From an uncultured delta proteobacterium (GTDB taxonomy: Bacteria > Myxococcota_A > Polyangia > Polyangiales > B10-G4), in assembly GCA_963727445.1 (NCBI GenBank), contig CAVSGI010000010.1:288001-352000 (forward strand): DNA of 64,000 nt, in the 5' to 3' direction. Every line of letters begins with the position of its first letter. Position 1 is the stretch's first letter. A program made the position numbers and the translations under genes. The notes beneath the pieces were generated by a model, which saw only the letters and a program-made list of their open reading frames with translations, was not told where the DNA came from and searched no databases. Positions 43,437 through 54,279 of the stretch are shown here, piece after piece.

Positions 43437-44336
43437 GTGAGGTCCGACCGCACCCAGCTCTGCGCGCGCTGTCGCATCCGTTTCGCCCGCGCCCACGGAA
43501 CGACCTGCCCGGTTTGCGATCGAAGCGACGCCGTCTACGACGGACGCAAGGCTTCCGAGGATCCGCGGGTGGCGCGCATCCTCGCGCGCCGGCCCCGCGG
43601 GAGCCGGGGCTGGATCGGCCTCGACGTCTCGCGCCCGGTGAGCGGCGAAAGGCGCCGCGGCCTGGTCCTGCTCGGCGCCGTCCTGGGTATCGGCGTCGTG
43701 GTGCCGCTCCTCGCCGAGCGCCTGGGTCTGTCGCCGCTCGCTCCGGTGCTGATCCTCCTCGCCCTCGTCGCGTGCTGGGTCGGTCTGCGCGCCCTCTTCG
43801 GCCTCGCCTCAGCGCCGAAGGAGACACACCTCGGCCTCGCCATTCACATGCCACTGCCGGCGCCTCGCTCTCCGGAAGCGCGCCGGCTGCGGGGCCGCGT
43901 TCGTCTCCTCGCGCCGGTGAGCGCTCCCCTCAGCGGCGTGCAGGTCGCGGCCTTCCGCCTGACGGGCGACGCCTGGGGCGGTCCCGTCGACGACGCGGGC
44001 GGCGGCGTGATCGACGTGGTCCCCGACGACGGAGGCACACCCATCCGCGTCGATCTCTCGGCCGCGACGATCGCGCTCGACGTCGAGGAGACGGCCGGTG
44101 CCGTGCCCGCGACGGACACCCTCGCGCGGTTCCTCGAAGAGCGCTGGCTCTATCCGGGGCGCGGTACGGTGCACGTGGCGGAGGCGCTTCTCGACGACGG
44201 CGATCCCATCGAGCTCGACGCCATCGTCATCGCCGAGAACACCGCCGAGGGATATCGCCAGACGCGCACCGTGCAGGTGGCCGAAGACCACGCGGACACC
44301 GGCACCATCGTTCGGCGGCCGCGCGGCGTGATATGA
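43437..44336 (+). CDS. Membrane protein with N-terminal Zn ribbon
   Basis: CARC...CPVC, two TM helices, soluble C-terminal domain. Confidence 0.6.
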   Translation: MRSDRTQLCARCRIRFARAHGTTCPVCDRSDAVYDGRKASEDPRVARILARRPRGSRGWIGLDVSRPVSGERRRGLVLLGAVLGIGVVVPLLAERLGLSPLAPVLILLALVACWVGLRALFGLASAPKETHLGLAIHMPLPAPRSPEARRLRGRVRLLAPVSAPLSGVQVAAFRLTGDAWGGPVDDAGGGVIDVVPDDGGTPIRVDLSAATIALDVEETAGAVPATDTLARFLEERWLYPGRGTVHVAEALLDDGDPIELDAIVIAENTAEGYRQTRTVQVAEDHADTGTIVRRPRGVI

Positions 44337-44343
44337 CCGCTCG

Positions 44344-45726
44344 GTGGTGGGGGAAGAAGAGTACGGCACGACCAAAGAGCGAGTGGCGTGGATGTTCTTC
44401 GACTTCGCGAACTCCTCTTTCCCCACCATCGCCCTGACCGCCTTCGGCGGCCCCTACTTCACAGGCGTCCTCGCGGGCGAAGAAGTCGACCTCGGCATCT
44501 TCCGCCTGGGCCCCGCCGCCGCATGGGGCGCCGCGATCTCCATCGCGATGCTTCTGGTCACCCTCAGCTCGCCGCTCATGGGCGCGCTCGCCGACCGCTC
44601 GGGCAAGAAGCGTATTCTGCTCGGCATCTACGTCGCGCTCTGCGTGGCGGCGACCACCGCCCTCGGCTTCGTGCCGCCGGGTCATGGCGCCGAAGCCTTT
44701 CTCCTCTACATCGTCGCCATCTTCAGCTTCGAAGGTGGCTACGTCTTCTACAACGCGTTCCTCCCCGAGCTCGCGCCCCCGGAACGCATCGGTCGCCTCT
44801 CCGGCAACGGCTGGGCGTTCGGCTACATCGGTGGCCTCCTCGCGCTCCTGCTCTGCATGGGCCTCGTGCCAGAGCAATACGACCCCGAGCACGCGGGCGC
44901 GGCGGCGAACATCTATTTCATCGTCGCCGCCTGGTACGCCGTCTTCTCGATTCCAGCGCTCACTTTTCTGCGCGACCGGCCGCCTCAAGAGCACGCCCAC
45001 GACGTCGGGTACTTCCGCAGCGCTGCCCGCGAGCTCGCGCGCACCTTCCGGACCATTCGCGCCTATCGCATGGTGCTGATCTTCCTCGCCGCCTACTTCC
45101 TCTACAACGACGCGATCACCACGGTGATCGAGTTCGTCGGTATCTACACCAAAGAAGTGCTCGCGTTCACACCCGCGGAGAACGCGATCATCTTCCTGGT
45201 GCTCAACGTGGTGGCCGCGCCCGGTGCGATGGTTTTCGGCTACGTCCTCGATCGCATCGGCGGGCGTCGCGCGATCAGCATCACCCTGGTCCTTTGGGTG
45301 GTGGTGGTGGTCCTCGCGGCACTCACCTCTTCGAAGGCCGCCTTCTGGGGTGTCGCGGCGCTGGCGGCCGTCGTGATCGGGGCCACCCAGGCGTCGAGCC
45401 GTGCGCTGATGGCGCGCCTCGCGCCGAAGAAGCGGGTCGGCGAGTTCATGGGCTTCCTGGCGCTCTCGGGGAAGGCGTCGGCGGTGCTCGGGCCGACCAT
45501 CTACGGGTTCGTGGCGACGGCGGCCGCGGCTACGTACGGAATCCGGACCGGTCACCGCATCGCGATCAGCGTGATCGGGAGCTTCTTCCTCGTAGCCCTC
45601 TTGGTGCTCTCCCGCGTGGACGAGGAGGCGGGCAGGCGACAGGCCGACGAGGAAGATCGGGAGATCGAGGCGCGCGAGCGAGCCGAGAGCGAGCGGAGGG
45701 AAGAGGGTTCCGCCGGCGCCGGTTGA
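44344..45726 (+). CDS. MFS transporter (UMF1/Atg22-like)
   Basis: WMFFDFANS, GALADRSG.KK, FYNAFLP, multiple TM helices. Confidence 0.9.
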   Translation: MVGEEEYGTTKERVAWMFFDFANSSFPTIALTAFGGPYFTGVLAGEEVDLGIFRLGPAAAWGAAISIAMLLVTLSSPLMGALADRSGKKRILLGIYVALCVAATTALGFVPPGHGAEAFLLYIVAIFSFEGGYVFYNAFLPELAPPERIGRLSGNGWAFGYIGGLLALLLCMGLVPEQYDPEHAGAAANIYFIVAAWYAVFSIPALTFLRDRPPQEHAHDVGYFRSAARELARTFRTIRAYRMVLIFLAAYFLYNDAITTVIEFVGIYTKEVLAFTPAENAIIFLVLNVVAAPGAMVFGYVLDRIGGRRAISITLVLWVVVVVLAALTSSKAAFWGVAALAAVVIGATQASSRALMARLAPKKRVGEFMGFLALSGKASAVLGPTIYGFVATAAAATYGIRTGHRIAISVIGSFFLVALLVLSRVDEEAGRRQADEEDREIEARERAESERREEGSAGAG

Positions 45727-45796
45727 GCCCCACGAGAGAGCCGATTCGTGTTTTAGTGAGCCCAAGCGCGCCCCGGCGCGCCCAGTCGAAGGAACG

Positions 45797-47788
45797 ATGA
45801 AGAACCGAGCAATCCAAGCTCTCGCGCTCTCCCTCCTCACCGCCTGTGGTGGCGACGCCGCCCTCGAGGGTCGCTTCGTCGCGGTCCACAACACGCTGAC
45901 CTCCATGGGCCTGGCCCAGACGGGACCCATCAGCGAGGGCTCCCTCGGCGAGGGGAGCGACGCGGCCATCGAGCAGGAGCTCGCTGCGGGCGAGTGTTAC
46001 ACCTTCGTCGCGCTGGGCAGCAGCGGTGTCGACGACCTGGACGTGATCGTTCTCGACGAGTCCGGCCGCGAGCTGGCCCGGGACGACACCCGGGATCGAC
46101 AGGCCGCCGCCCACTTCTGCCCCGAGCGAGAGGGCACACATCAGATCGTGGTGCGCATGACCGAAGGCGACGGCGAGTACACCATCAGCAGCTGGTCCGG
46201 CGGGGTGAGCGGGCTCGGTGGAGGCGGCGGCGGAGCACGCCGCGCAGCGCGGGGCGGCGGTTGCGAATCGCCGATCGCGCTCACCGTAGGCCGGCCGATG
46301 CGGGGCACGACTCAGGACGGACCCAACGCGATGTCGGGCTCGTGTGCCGAAGGCGCAGCGCCCGAGCAGGTGTACCGCCTCGAGGTGGAGGAGCGCTCGC
46401 AGCTCCGCGCCGTGCTGTCGTCCACCTACGATGGCGTGCTCTACATCATGAGCGCCTGCGGCGATATGCGCAGCGAGCTCGGTTGCAACGACGACAACCC
46501 CGACACCACCCGCTCGCAGCTCGACGTGACCCTCGATCCTGGCGAGTACTTCCTGGTGGTCGACGGCTACGGTGAAGAGAGCGGCGATTTCGATTCGGTG
46601 ACCCAGCTCTCCGAGCTCCGTCCGGTCAGCGCCGTCTGCGGCGAGGCGACCACGCTGGTCCCGGGCCAGCCGGCGAGTGGGACCACCAGCGGCGTTCCCA
46701 ACTACTTCCAGGCGACCTGCGCCGGCGGCGCCCGCTCGGCGGATCGCGTCTATACCCTGGACGTCTCGTCGCGGTCTCGCATGCGCCTGAGGCAGCAGTC
46801 CGATCACGACGGCGCCCTCTACGTGCGTCGGGCTTGTGACGACCCCACGTCGGAGATCGCCTGCAACGACGACTTCCGCGACGAGCATCACTCGCTGATC
46901 ACCACGGTGGTCGACCCCGGCCGGTACTACGTCTACGCCGATGGCTACGGCTCCAGCGCGGCGGGGAACTTCACGCTCTCCGTGGACCTGACCTCGGAAT
47001 CGGGCGGTGGAGCGCAGGGCGACGCCTGCGCGGCACCGGCCTCGCTCCAGTACGGTCAGCAGATCGATATCGACACCATCGAGGCGCGCGACGACTACGC
47101 GGGGAGCTGCGGCGGCCAGGCCGGGCCGGACGTGGTCTACGAGCTCTCGGCGCGCGCGCGTTCACGCGTCACTGTGAACCTCGAAGAGGTGGAGTTCCCT
47201 GGCGCCATCTACCTGCAGCGCACCTGCGGCGACGCGAACAGTGAGGTCGCCTGCGAGCAGATCACCGCCGAGATGGTGGCGGAGGGTCAGCCAGTCTCCC
47301 TGGACACCACGGTGGGCGCCGGCACCTATTACCTGGTCATCGATGGCGCCCGCGCCGACACCTTCGGCGCGGGCAAGCTGACGGTGCAGGTGGCGGATCT
47401 CGCCGCTCTGAACGCGATGTGCCGCCGCGCTCCGCGCATCCGCCCGGGTCAGCCGATCAGCGGCAGCACTGTCGGCGAGTCCAACGACCTACAAGCGACC
47501 TGCGCGGGCGGCGCGCAGAGCAACGACATGGTCTATCGACTCACCCTGCCGCGGCGCCAGATCGTCCGGGCGAGCCTCGAGACCCCCGACTACGACGGCG
47601 CGCTCTACATCCTCCGAAACTGCGGCGACGCCACCAGCGAGATCGCTTGCAACGACGACGAGCAGGACAACCGTCACTCCCTCATCGAGACCACCCTCGA
47701 CGCAGGGACGTATTACGTGGTGGTCGACGGCTTCCGCACCGGCAACGCCGGTCCCTTCACACTCGACGTCCAGACGTCGAACCCCTGA
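45797..47788 (+). CDS. Lipoprotein with repeated PPC-like/Cys-containing domains
   Basis: LTAC lipobox; four repeats of 'DxVY...DGALY...EIACNDD...GxYYVVVDG'. Confidence 0.8.
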   Translation: MKNRAIQALALSLLTACGGDAALEGRFVAVHNTLTSMGLAQTGPISEGSLGEGSDAAIEQELAAGECYTFVALGSSGVDDLDVIVLDESGRELARDDTRDRQAAAHFCPEREGTHQIVVRMTEGDGEYTISSWSGGVSGLGGGGGGARRAARGGGCESPIALTVGRPMRGTTQDGPNAMSGSCAEGAAPEQVYRLEVEERSQLRAVLSSTYDGVLYIMSACGDMRSELGCNDDNPDTTRSQLDVTLDPGEYFLVVDGYGEESGDFDSVTQLSELRPVSAVCGEATTLVPGQPASGTTSGVPNYFQATCAGGARSADRVYTLDVSSRSRMRLRQQSDHDGALYVRRACDDPTSEIACNDDFRDEHHSLITTVVDPGRYYVYADGYGSSAAGNFTLSVDLTSESGGGAQGDACAAPASLQYGQQIDIDTIEARDDYAGSCGGQAGPDVVYELSARARSRVTVNLEEVEFPGAIYLQRTCGDANSEVACEQITAEMVAEGQPVSLDTTVGAGTYYLVIDGARADTFGAGKLTVQVADLAALNAMCRRAPRIRPGQPISGSTVGESNDLQATCAGGAQSNDMVYRLTLPRRQIVRASLETPDYDGALYILRNCGDATSEIACNDDEQDNRHSLIETTLDAGTYYVVVDGFRTGNAGPFTLDVQTSNP

Positions 47789-47791
47789 GCC

Positions 47792-48916
<1,125 letters not shown>

Positions 48917-48984
48917 GTCCCTACAGACCCGATTACGCCCGGAGGCCCTCTGGGGTCAAAAAAAGCGACCGGGTTCGCGGGGGA

Positions 48985-49062
48985 GAAAGTTGAAAAGTGT
49001 AGACCGTCCCGGTTTGGAAGCCGGGGTTGGGGGGAGAAAGTTGAAAAGTGTAGACCGTCCCC
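48985..49062 (-). repeat. Two more copies of the 27-bp repeat
   Basis: GAAAGTTGAAAAGTGTAGACCGTCCC at 48985 and 49036. Confidence 0.9.
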
Positions 49063-49064
49063 GT

Positions 49065-49961
49065 TCAGCGGGTGACTTGTAGGACGGCTTGGGCGAGGAG
49101 GTCTGGGACCTCTTCCTGGAGGAAATGGCCGGCCTGGGTCTCGCGTACGCTCGCTTGGGGCAGGGCGCGCTGGTGGCGTGCGAGGGCCCGGCCGAGGATG
49201 GGGTCACGCTTGCCCCACACCAGGGCGGCCGGGCCTCTCCATCCTTCGACCCACGCCCCGACCTCGTCCATCACCGGCGTCGAGGGATGGGATTCGGCGT
49301 CGGGCACCATGCGCGCGAGGCCGAGCGGCGCCGCGCGGTCGAGAACGTGACGTAGGGGCCACGCATACGCGCCGAGCTCGGCGGGGCCGAGGCTCCGCCG
49401 ATCGCCCTGCACTCGTCGCATCACCGGCACCGGAAAGAGCAAGCCGCGGAAGACCGCGTCGCTGACCACCGGCATGTGGGAGAAGCGGTGGAAGGGCTTC
49501 GAGCGGAAGGGCCGCGCCGGGGGGAGCACCGCCGTGTTGGCGAGCACCAACCCGCGCACCCGATCCGAGAGCGCGTGACCGACGCCAGTGGCGATCGGTC
49601 CGCCCCAATCCTGACCGACAACGACCAGGTCTTCGGGCGCCAGCGCCTCCACCAGGTCGCGCACCAGCGCGATGTGTCGGTCCAGCCGATGTTCCTTCGG
49701 GCGGCGCGGCTTGTCGCTCAGGCCGAGGCCGAGAAGGTCCGGTGCGACGCAGCGCACGCCCTCGCCGCGCAGAAGCGCGATCACCTTTCGCCATAGATAG
49801 GACCAGGTGGGATTGCCGTGAACGAGGAGCACCATCGGGCCCGTGCCCTCGTCCACGAAATGGATCTGGGTGCCGTCGACGTCGGCCATCCGTCGTCGAA
49901 AAGGCATGGCGCGCGCGAGGAAACGCGGGAGGCGCGGCGCCTCGGCGAAGGTGACGCTCAC
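49065..49961 (-). CDS. Haloalkane dehalogenase-like alpha/beta hydrolase
   Basis: HGNPTWSYLWR, GQDWGG, GHFLQEE; GTGA overlap with the upstream regulator. Confidence 0.88.
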   Translation of the reverse strand: MSVTFAEAPRLPRFLARAMPFRRRMADVDGTQIHFVDEGTGPMVLLVHGNPTWSYLWRKVIALLRGEGVRCVAPDLLGLGLSDKPRRPKEHRLDRHIALVRDLVEALAPEDLVVVGQDWGGPIATGVGHALSDRVRGLVLANTAVLPPARPFRSKPFHRFSHMPVVSDAVFRGLLFPVPVMRRVQGDRRSLGPAELGAYAWPLRHVLDRAAPLGLARMVPDAESHPSTPVMDEVGAWVEGWRGPAALVWGKRDPILGRALARHQRALPQASVRETQAGHFLQEEVPDLLAQAVLQVTR

Positions 49962-50545
49962 GAGTCGCCTCCGCGCTCTTTCGGCCGGAGCGCCACCACG
50001 CTGAAGCCCACCGCCGGCCCGTCGCTCTCGTTGTGATAGCTGTGCGGTTGATCGCCGGCGAAGGCGGCGACGTCCCCCTCTTCGAGATCGATCCGCTCTC
50101 CCGAGGTCCAGAGCGTCAGCTTGCCCTCTTCGCAAGCGAGGTATTCGGCGGTGCCCGGACGATGGGGGACGCCCGGCATGCGCGCGCCCGGCTCGAGGGC
50201 GATGCGATCGATCTCCATGCCCGGGATGGGGTGGGGCAGGAGCTTGTCGATCCGCGCCGCGCCGCGCGCACGCGTCAAAGTGGGGAGCTGCCCTTTGCGA
50301 AAGACCTCCAGCCCCCCGCGGGGCGGGCTGAGGAGCTCCTCGACGCTGAGCGACAGGGCCTGCCCGACCTTGCTCAGGACGGCGAGGGTGGGGTTGGCCG
50401 AACCGGTCTCGAGATTGGCCACCGTCGAGCGCGGCACCCCGCTCTTCTTGGCGAGCTCGGCCTGCGTCATGTTGCGGCGCTCGCGGACGTACTTCACGTT
50501 CGCGGCCAGGTGCTCTGCCAGCGGCGCAGCGGGGCTGTCGACCAT
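49958..50545 (-). CDS. XRE-family HTH plus cupin regulator
   Basis: MTQAELAKKSGV..STVANLETG.ANPTL; C-terminal cupin PHSYHN. Confidence 0.9.
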   Translation of the reverse strand: MVDSPAAPLAEHLAANVKYVRERRNMTQAELAKKSGVPRSTVANLETGSANPTLAVLSKVGQALSLSVEELLSPPRGGLEVFRKGQLPTLTRARGAARIDKLLPHPIPGMEIDRIALEPGARMPGVPHRPGTAEYLACEEGKLTLWTSGERIDLEEGDVAAFAGDQPHSYHNESDGPAVGFSVVALRPKERGGDS

Positions 50546-50565
50546 CGGCCGGAGTATAGAGCGAG

Positions 50566-51594
50566 ATGCGCGAGATCACCCATCGCTACCGCGACCCCCT
50601 CGACGTCGTCTGGACCGACGCCGCGCGGCGCATCGGCCTGACGATCGCGCGCAGCGCCGAGTGCTATGCCTCCACCGATGGACGGGGGACGCTGATCATC
50701 GGCGCGACCGAGACTCTCGACCCGGACGACTCCCTCGCCCAGATGGTCTTTCACGAGCTCTGCCATTCGCTCGTACAGGGACCGGAGTCCTTCGAGCGCG
50801 TCGACTGGGGGCTCGACAACGTGGGGGACGGCGACCTCGCTCGAGAGCACGCCTGCCTCCGTGTGCAAGCCGCCCTCGCCGCCCCCCTCGGGCTGCGCCA
50901 CTTCCTCGCGCCCACCACCGAGCACCGTGCTTTCTACGACGCGCTCTCCGCCGATCCCTTCGCGGGCGACGACCTCTCGGTCCGTCTCGCTCGCGCCGCC
51001 GCCGCGCGCGCCTCGCGGCCACCCTGGGCGCCCCATCTGATGAACGCCCTGGAAGCGACGCGTGCGATCGCCACCGCGGTGGGCGAGGCGGCGACTGGCG
51101 AAGCGCGCTCGCTCTACGCGCGCATCGACCCGCCGATCCCCGCGCACCCGTCCGGTCTCGAAGGCGCACCGCACGCGGTGGGGCGGTGCCGGCGATGCGC
51201 GTGGCGGTACGAAGGCGGGCCGGGCAAGAAGGTCGATCGCTGCCGGCAGGCCGAGGGGGCGCGGGTCGATCCCGACTGGCAGGGTTGCGCGCGCTTCGAA
51301 GAGGCACTGGAGTGCACCGAGTGTGGCGCGTGCTGTCGCGAGGCCTACGGCGCGGTGGAGGTGAGCGCGCGCGACCCCTTCGCCGCCCGCCACCCCGAGC
51401 TCGTGACGAAGAAGAGCCGACGTCTCGAGGTTCGACGCGACGGGGATCGCTGCGCTGCCCTCGAAGGCGGCCGGAGCCTCCACGAGCCCTATCGCTGCGT
51501 GGTCTACGACGACCGCCCCCGCACCTGTCGCGACTTCACGCTCGGGAGCGAGAACTGCCTCGTCGCTCGTCGTCGCGTCGGCCTGAGCCGCTAG
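50566..51594 (+). CDS. YkgJ/CxxCxxCC Cys-cluster protein with N-terminal HExxH domain
   Basis: HELCH at 50752; CTECGACC; CVVYDDRPRTCRDF. Confidence 0.8.
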   Translation: MREITHRYRDPLDVVWTDAARRIGLTIARSAECYASTDGRGTLIIGATETLDPDDSLAQMVFHELCHSLVQGPESFERVDWGLDNVGDGDLAREHACLRVQAALAAPLGLRHFLAPTTEHRAFYDALSADPFAGDDLSVRLARAAAARASRPPWAPHLMNALEATRAIATAVGEAATGEARSLYARIDPPIPAHPSGLEGAPHAVGRCRRCAWRYEGGPGKKVDRCRQAEGARVDPDWQGCARFEEALECTECGACCREAYGAVEVSARDPFAARHPELVTKKSRRLEVRRDGDRCAALEGGRSLHEPYRCVVYDDRPRTCRDFTLGSENCLVARRRVGLSR

Positions 51595-51680
51595 TGCCTG
51601 GTCCAATGACGTAGAAGGGTTCTCGCTCGTTCGACGCCCGTCGCGATCTCCCCATCCACCTCATTGGACCAGGCACTAGC
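51590..51680. mobile_element. Internally deleted copy of the MITE-like element, 20-bp inverted repeats
   Basis: GCTAGTGCCTGGTCCAATGA ... TCATTGGACCAGGCACTAGC; shares internal GAAGGGTTCTCGCTCGTTC and GACGCCCGTCGCGATCTCC. Confidence 0.7.
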
Positions 51681-51686
51681 GACGCC

Positions 51687-52847
51687 TCAGTCGAGGACGC
51701 GCAGCAGGGTGACCTTCAGATAGTCGCCCTCGACGAAGGCGGCGATGTGCGGGTGATCCGCCGCGGCGCGCGCGCGACTCAGCACCTGGGTGATGCGCTT
51801 CGCCTTTCGCGCGCCCTCGGCGAGGGTCTCGTCGAAGGCGTCCGGACGCACGTGGCTCGAGCACGACGCTGCCAGGTAGAGGCCTCCGTTCGACAGCCGC
51901 CCGAGACAGGCGGCGTGAAGCTGCGCGTAGGCCTCGAGGGCACCTTCGAGGGCGTCGGCGCGGGGCGCGAAGCTCGGCGGGTCCGCGACGATCACGTCCC
52001 ACCGGCCGCGATCGGCGTCGAGGAACTTCCGCGCGTCCGCGGCCACCCCGCGATGCACCGCGGGCGCGAGCCCGTTTTCGCGCCAGCTCTCCTCGGCGAG
52101 AGCGATGGCGGGCGCCGCCAGGTCCACCGTCACCACCTCGCGGGCGCCTCCGAGCCCCGCCGCGACCGAAAAGCCGCCGGTGTAGCCGTACAGGTTCAGA
52201 ACGCGCGCGTCCTTCGCGATGCCGCGCACGGTGAAGCGGCTCTCGCGATGATCGAGGAAGAGCCCCGTCTTCTGGCCCCTGGCGATGTCGGCGACGAGCT
52301 TCATCCCGTGCTCACGCACCACCACGCGATCGCGCGCCGGGCCGAAGCGGATCTGGGCGCGGCTCTTCGGCCCGCGCCCGCTTCGCTCCACCAGCGTCTC
52401 GACCCCGCGCGCTTCGAGCGTGTCGCGCAGCGGAGCGAGGATGGCCTCGCGATGCGCCGCGACCGCCTCCGTGTCGAAGCGCAGCACGGCCGCGTCTCCA
52501 TACACGTCGCAGACGACGCCCGCGAGGCGGTCGCCCTCGCCGTGGAGCAGCCGGTAGGCGTCGGTGTCGGCGGGCACCACGCGATCGCGGAGCTCCGCCG
52601 CTCGCTCGATCCGCTCCGCGAAGAACGCCGCATCGATGGGACGGTCCTCGGTCGTCCACACCCGCACGGCGATGGGGCCCTCGTCCGCGACCCCCCGGGC
52701 GAGGAAGCGGCCGCGCCAATCGAGGACGGTCACGATCTCGCCGCGGGAGGCCCCGCCTTTCAGCGCTTCGCGGTAGAGCCAGGGATGGCCGCGCTTGACG
52801 GCGCGCTCCAGGGGTCGGCGGAGGGAGAGGGCGGGGGTGCGGGCCAC
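51687..52847 (-). CDS. RlmI-like SAM-dependent rRNA methyltransferase
   Basis: GHPWLY, GQKTGLFLDHR, LNLYGYTGGF, DPPSF, YLK. Confidence 0.9.
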   Translation of the reverse strand: MARTPALSLRRPLERAVKRGHPWLYREALKGGASRGEIVTVLDWRGRFLARGVADEGPIAVRVWTTEDRPIDAAFFAERIERAAELRDRVVPADTDAYRLLHGEGDRLAGVVCDVYGDAAVLRFDTEAVAAHREAILAPLRDTLEARGVETLVERSGRGPKSRAQIRFGPARDRVVVREHGMKLVADIARGQKTGLFLDHRESRFTVRGIAKDARVLNLYGYTGGFSVAAGLGGAREVVTVDLAAPAIALAEESWRENGLAPAVHRGVAADARKFLDADRGRWDVIVADPPSFAPRADALEGALEAYAQLHAACLGRLSNGGLYLAASCSSHVRPDAFDETLAEGARKAKRITQVLSRARAAADHPHIAAFVEGDYLKVTLLRVLD

Positions 52848-52870
52848 GGCGCTATGGTAGTGTCTTTCGC

Positions 52871-53656
52871 ATGTCGACACGGGCATGGCTGGTTGGTCTC
52901 TGTCTCGGAGCGGCGGCTCTCTTCGCGGGCTGTCTCGCGCCCCGCGCGGTGGACCTCCACGGCAAGAGCTGTCCCTGCGCCGAGGGCTGGGTCTGCGACA
53001 CCGCCACCGATACCTGCATCTTCAACGGCAACGGGAGCGGTGGCGGCGACGGAAGCGTCGTGACCGACTCGGGCGCTGGGGACACCGGCCTCCCCGGCGA
53101 CGGGGGTGGTGACACCGGGACGATGACGGACGGCTCGCCGATGGATACCGGCATGGCGGGCGCGGTGATGGTCTTCGTGGAGGCCGAGTCCGGGATGCTG
53201 CAGGCGCCGATGGCGACCGGCACGGACGCCGCTGCATCGGGGGGAAGCTACGTCTCCTCCGCGACCGCCTCTGCCGACATCGCGAACCCGATGGGCACCG
53301 ACGGGCGGGTCCGCATCAGTTTCGACGTCCCGGCGATGGGCACCTACCGCATCTGGGGCCGCGTCAAAACCGGTCCGGACGACGGCATGGGCAACAACGA
53401 CCCCGACTCGTTCTGGGCGTGCGTCGACGCCGATCCCCCGAACGCCACCGATTGCATCCAGTGGAACAACATCCCGGGCAACGACGCCTTCGAGTGGGAC
53501 GACATCCACGACAGCGACAACGGCGACATGGCCGTCGACTTCACGCTCGCCGCCGGCGCCCACCAGCTCGACGTCTACGTGCGTGAAGCCGGCACTCAGC
53601 TCGACCGGGTGCTGGTCACCGACGACCTGACGCTGATGGCCGCGTCGATTCCCTAG
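52871..53656 (+). CDS. Lipoprotein with carbohydrate-binding-like domain
   Basis: FAGC lipobox; VEAESG...ASGG.YV...GTYRIWGR...REAG..LD. Confidence 0.7.
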   Translation: MSTRAWLVGLCLGAAALFAGCLAPRAVDLHGKSCPCAEGWVCDTATDTCIFNGNGSGGGDGSVVTDSGAGDTGLPGDGGGDTGTMTDGSPMDTGMAGAVMVFVEAESGMLQAPMATGTDAAASGGSYVSSATASADIANPMGTDGRVRISFDVPAMGTYRIWGRVKTGPDDGMGNNDPDSFWACVDADPPNATDCIQWNNIPGNDAFEWDDIHDSDNGDMAVDFTLAAGAHQLDVYVREAGTQLDRVLVTDDLTLMAASIP

Positions 53657-54069
53657 TCGAAGGTCCCCGACAGGCTCACGGACCCGGGCCCTATCTCGAG
53701 TCGTGCGGTGTTCCCGCTCGCGCCGGTGCGCGAAGGCCGGGTGAACTCCACGGCGGTCCAGCTGATGCCGAAGAGCAAGAGGGAGCCGCCGAGGACGAGC
53801 ATGACGTTGGAGAGGGTGGTGAAGGAGTCGCCGGTGGCGACGCTGCCAGCCGCGGTCTCGTGGACCGGATCGTTCTCGGCCGAGTCGTAGGCGCTCCCGG
53901 CCAGCGCGGCGAAGATGCCGCCGAAGGCCAGTCCCACACCCCCGACACCCATCACCACCAGGGGAGCCGGGCTCGGGGGGTCCTGGGCCTGGGCCGGAGC
54001 GGGGGAAGAGCTGAAAACGACGACAGCCATGGCCGTCACGACGAAAGACGCTCGCCAGCGGGAGATCAT
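53653..54069 (-). CDS. Secreted/membrane hypothetical protein (myxobacterial type)
   Basis: Signal peptide, two Gly-rich hydrophobic helices, C-terminal LSGTF. Confidence 0.6.
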   Translation of the reverse strand: MISRWRASFVVTAMAVVVFSSSPAPAQAQDPPSPAPLVVMGVGGVGLAFGGIFAALAGSAYDSAENDPVHETAAGSVATGDSFTTLSNVMLVLGGSLLLFGISWTAVEFTRPSRTGASGNTARLEIGPGSVSLSGTFD

Positions 54070-54180
54070 CGGCGCCGAGGATAACAGGACCCCGGTCGTG
54101 GGTGGCGTCGCTCTCGTCCGGGTGGTATATCGCCGCCGCTCCCTCGGGAGCCGGGCGCCGAAGCTTCGGCCCAGGCGTTC

Positions 54181-54262
54181 GAAATCACACACACTTCCCG
54201 GTCAAACGGGCGAACCGGTGCCCCTCCCTTCCGAGGGGTCTTCGTTCCGCGGGAAGTGGAGG
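54181..54262 (+). promoter_or_regulatory. rpsB (S2) leader-like element
   Basis: CACACAC-TTCC ... GGAAGTG-GAGG pairing upstream of rpsB. Confidence 0.55.
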
Positions 54263-54279
54263 CCAAACCGGAGGAAGTC

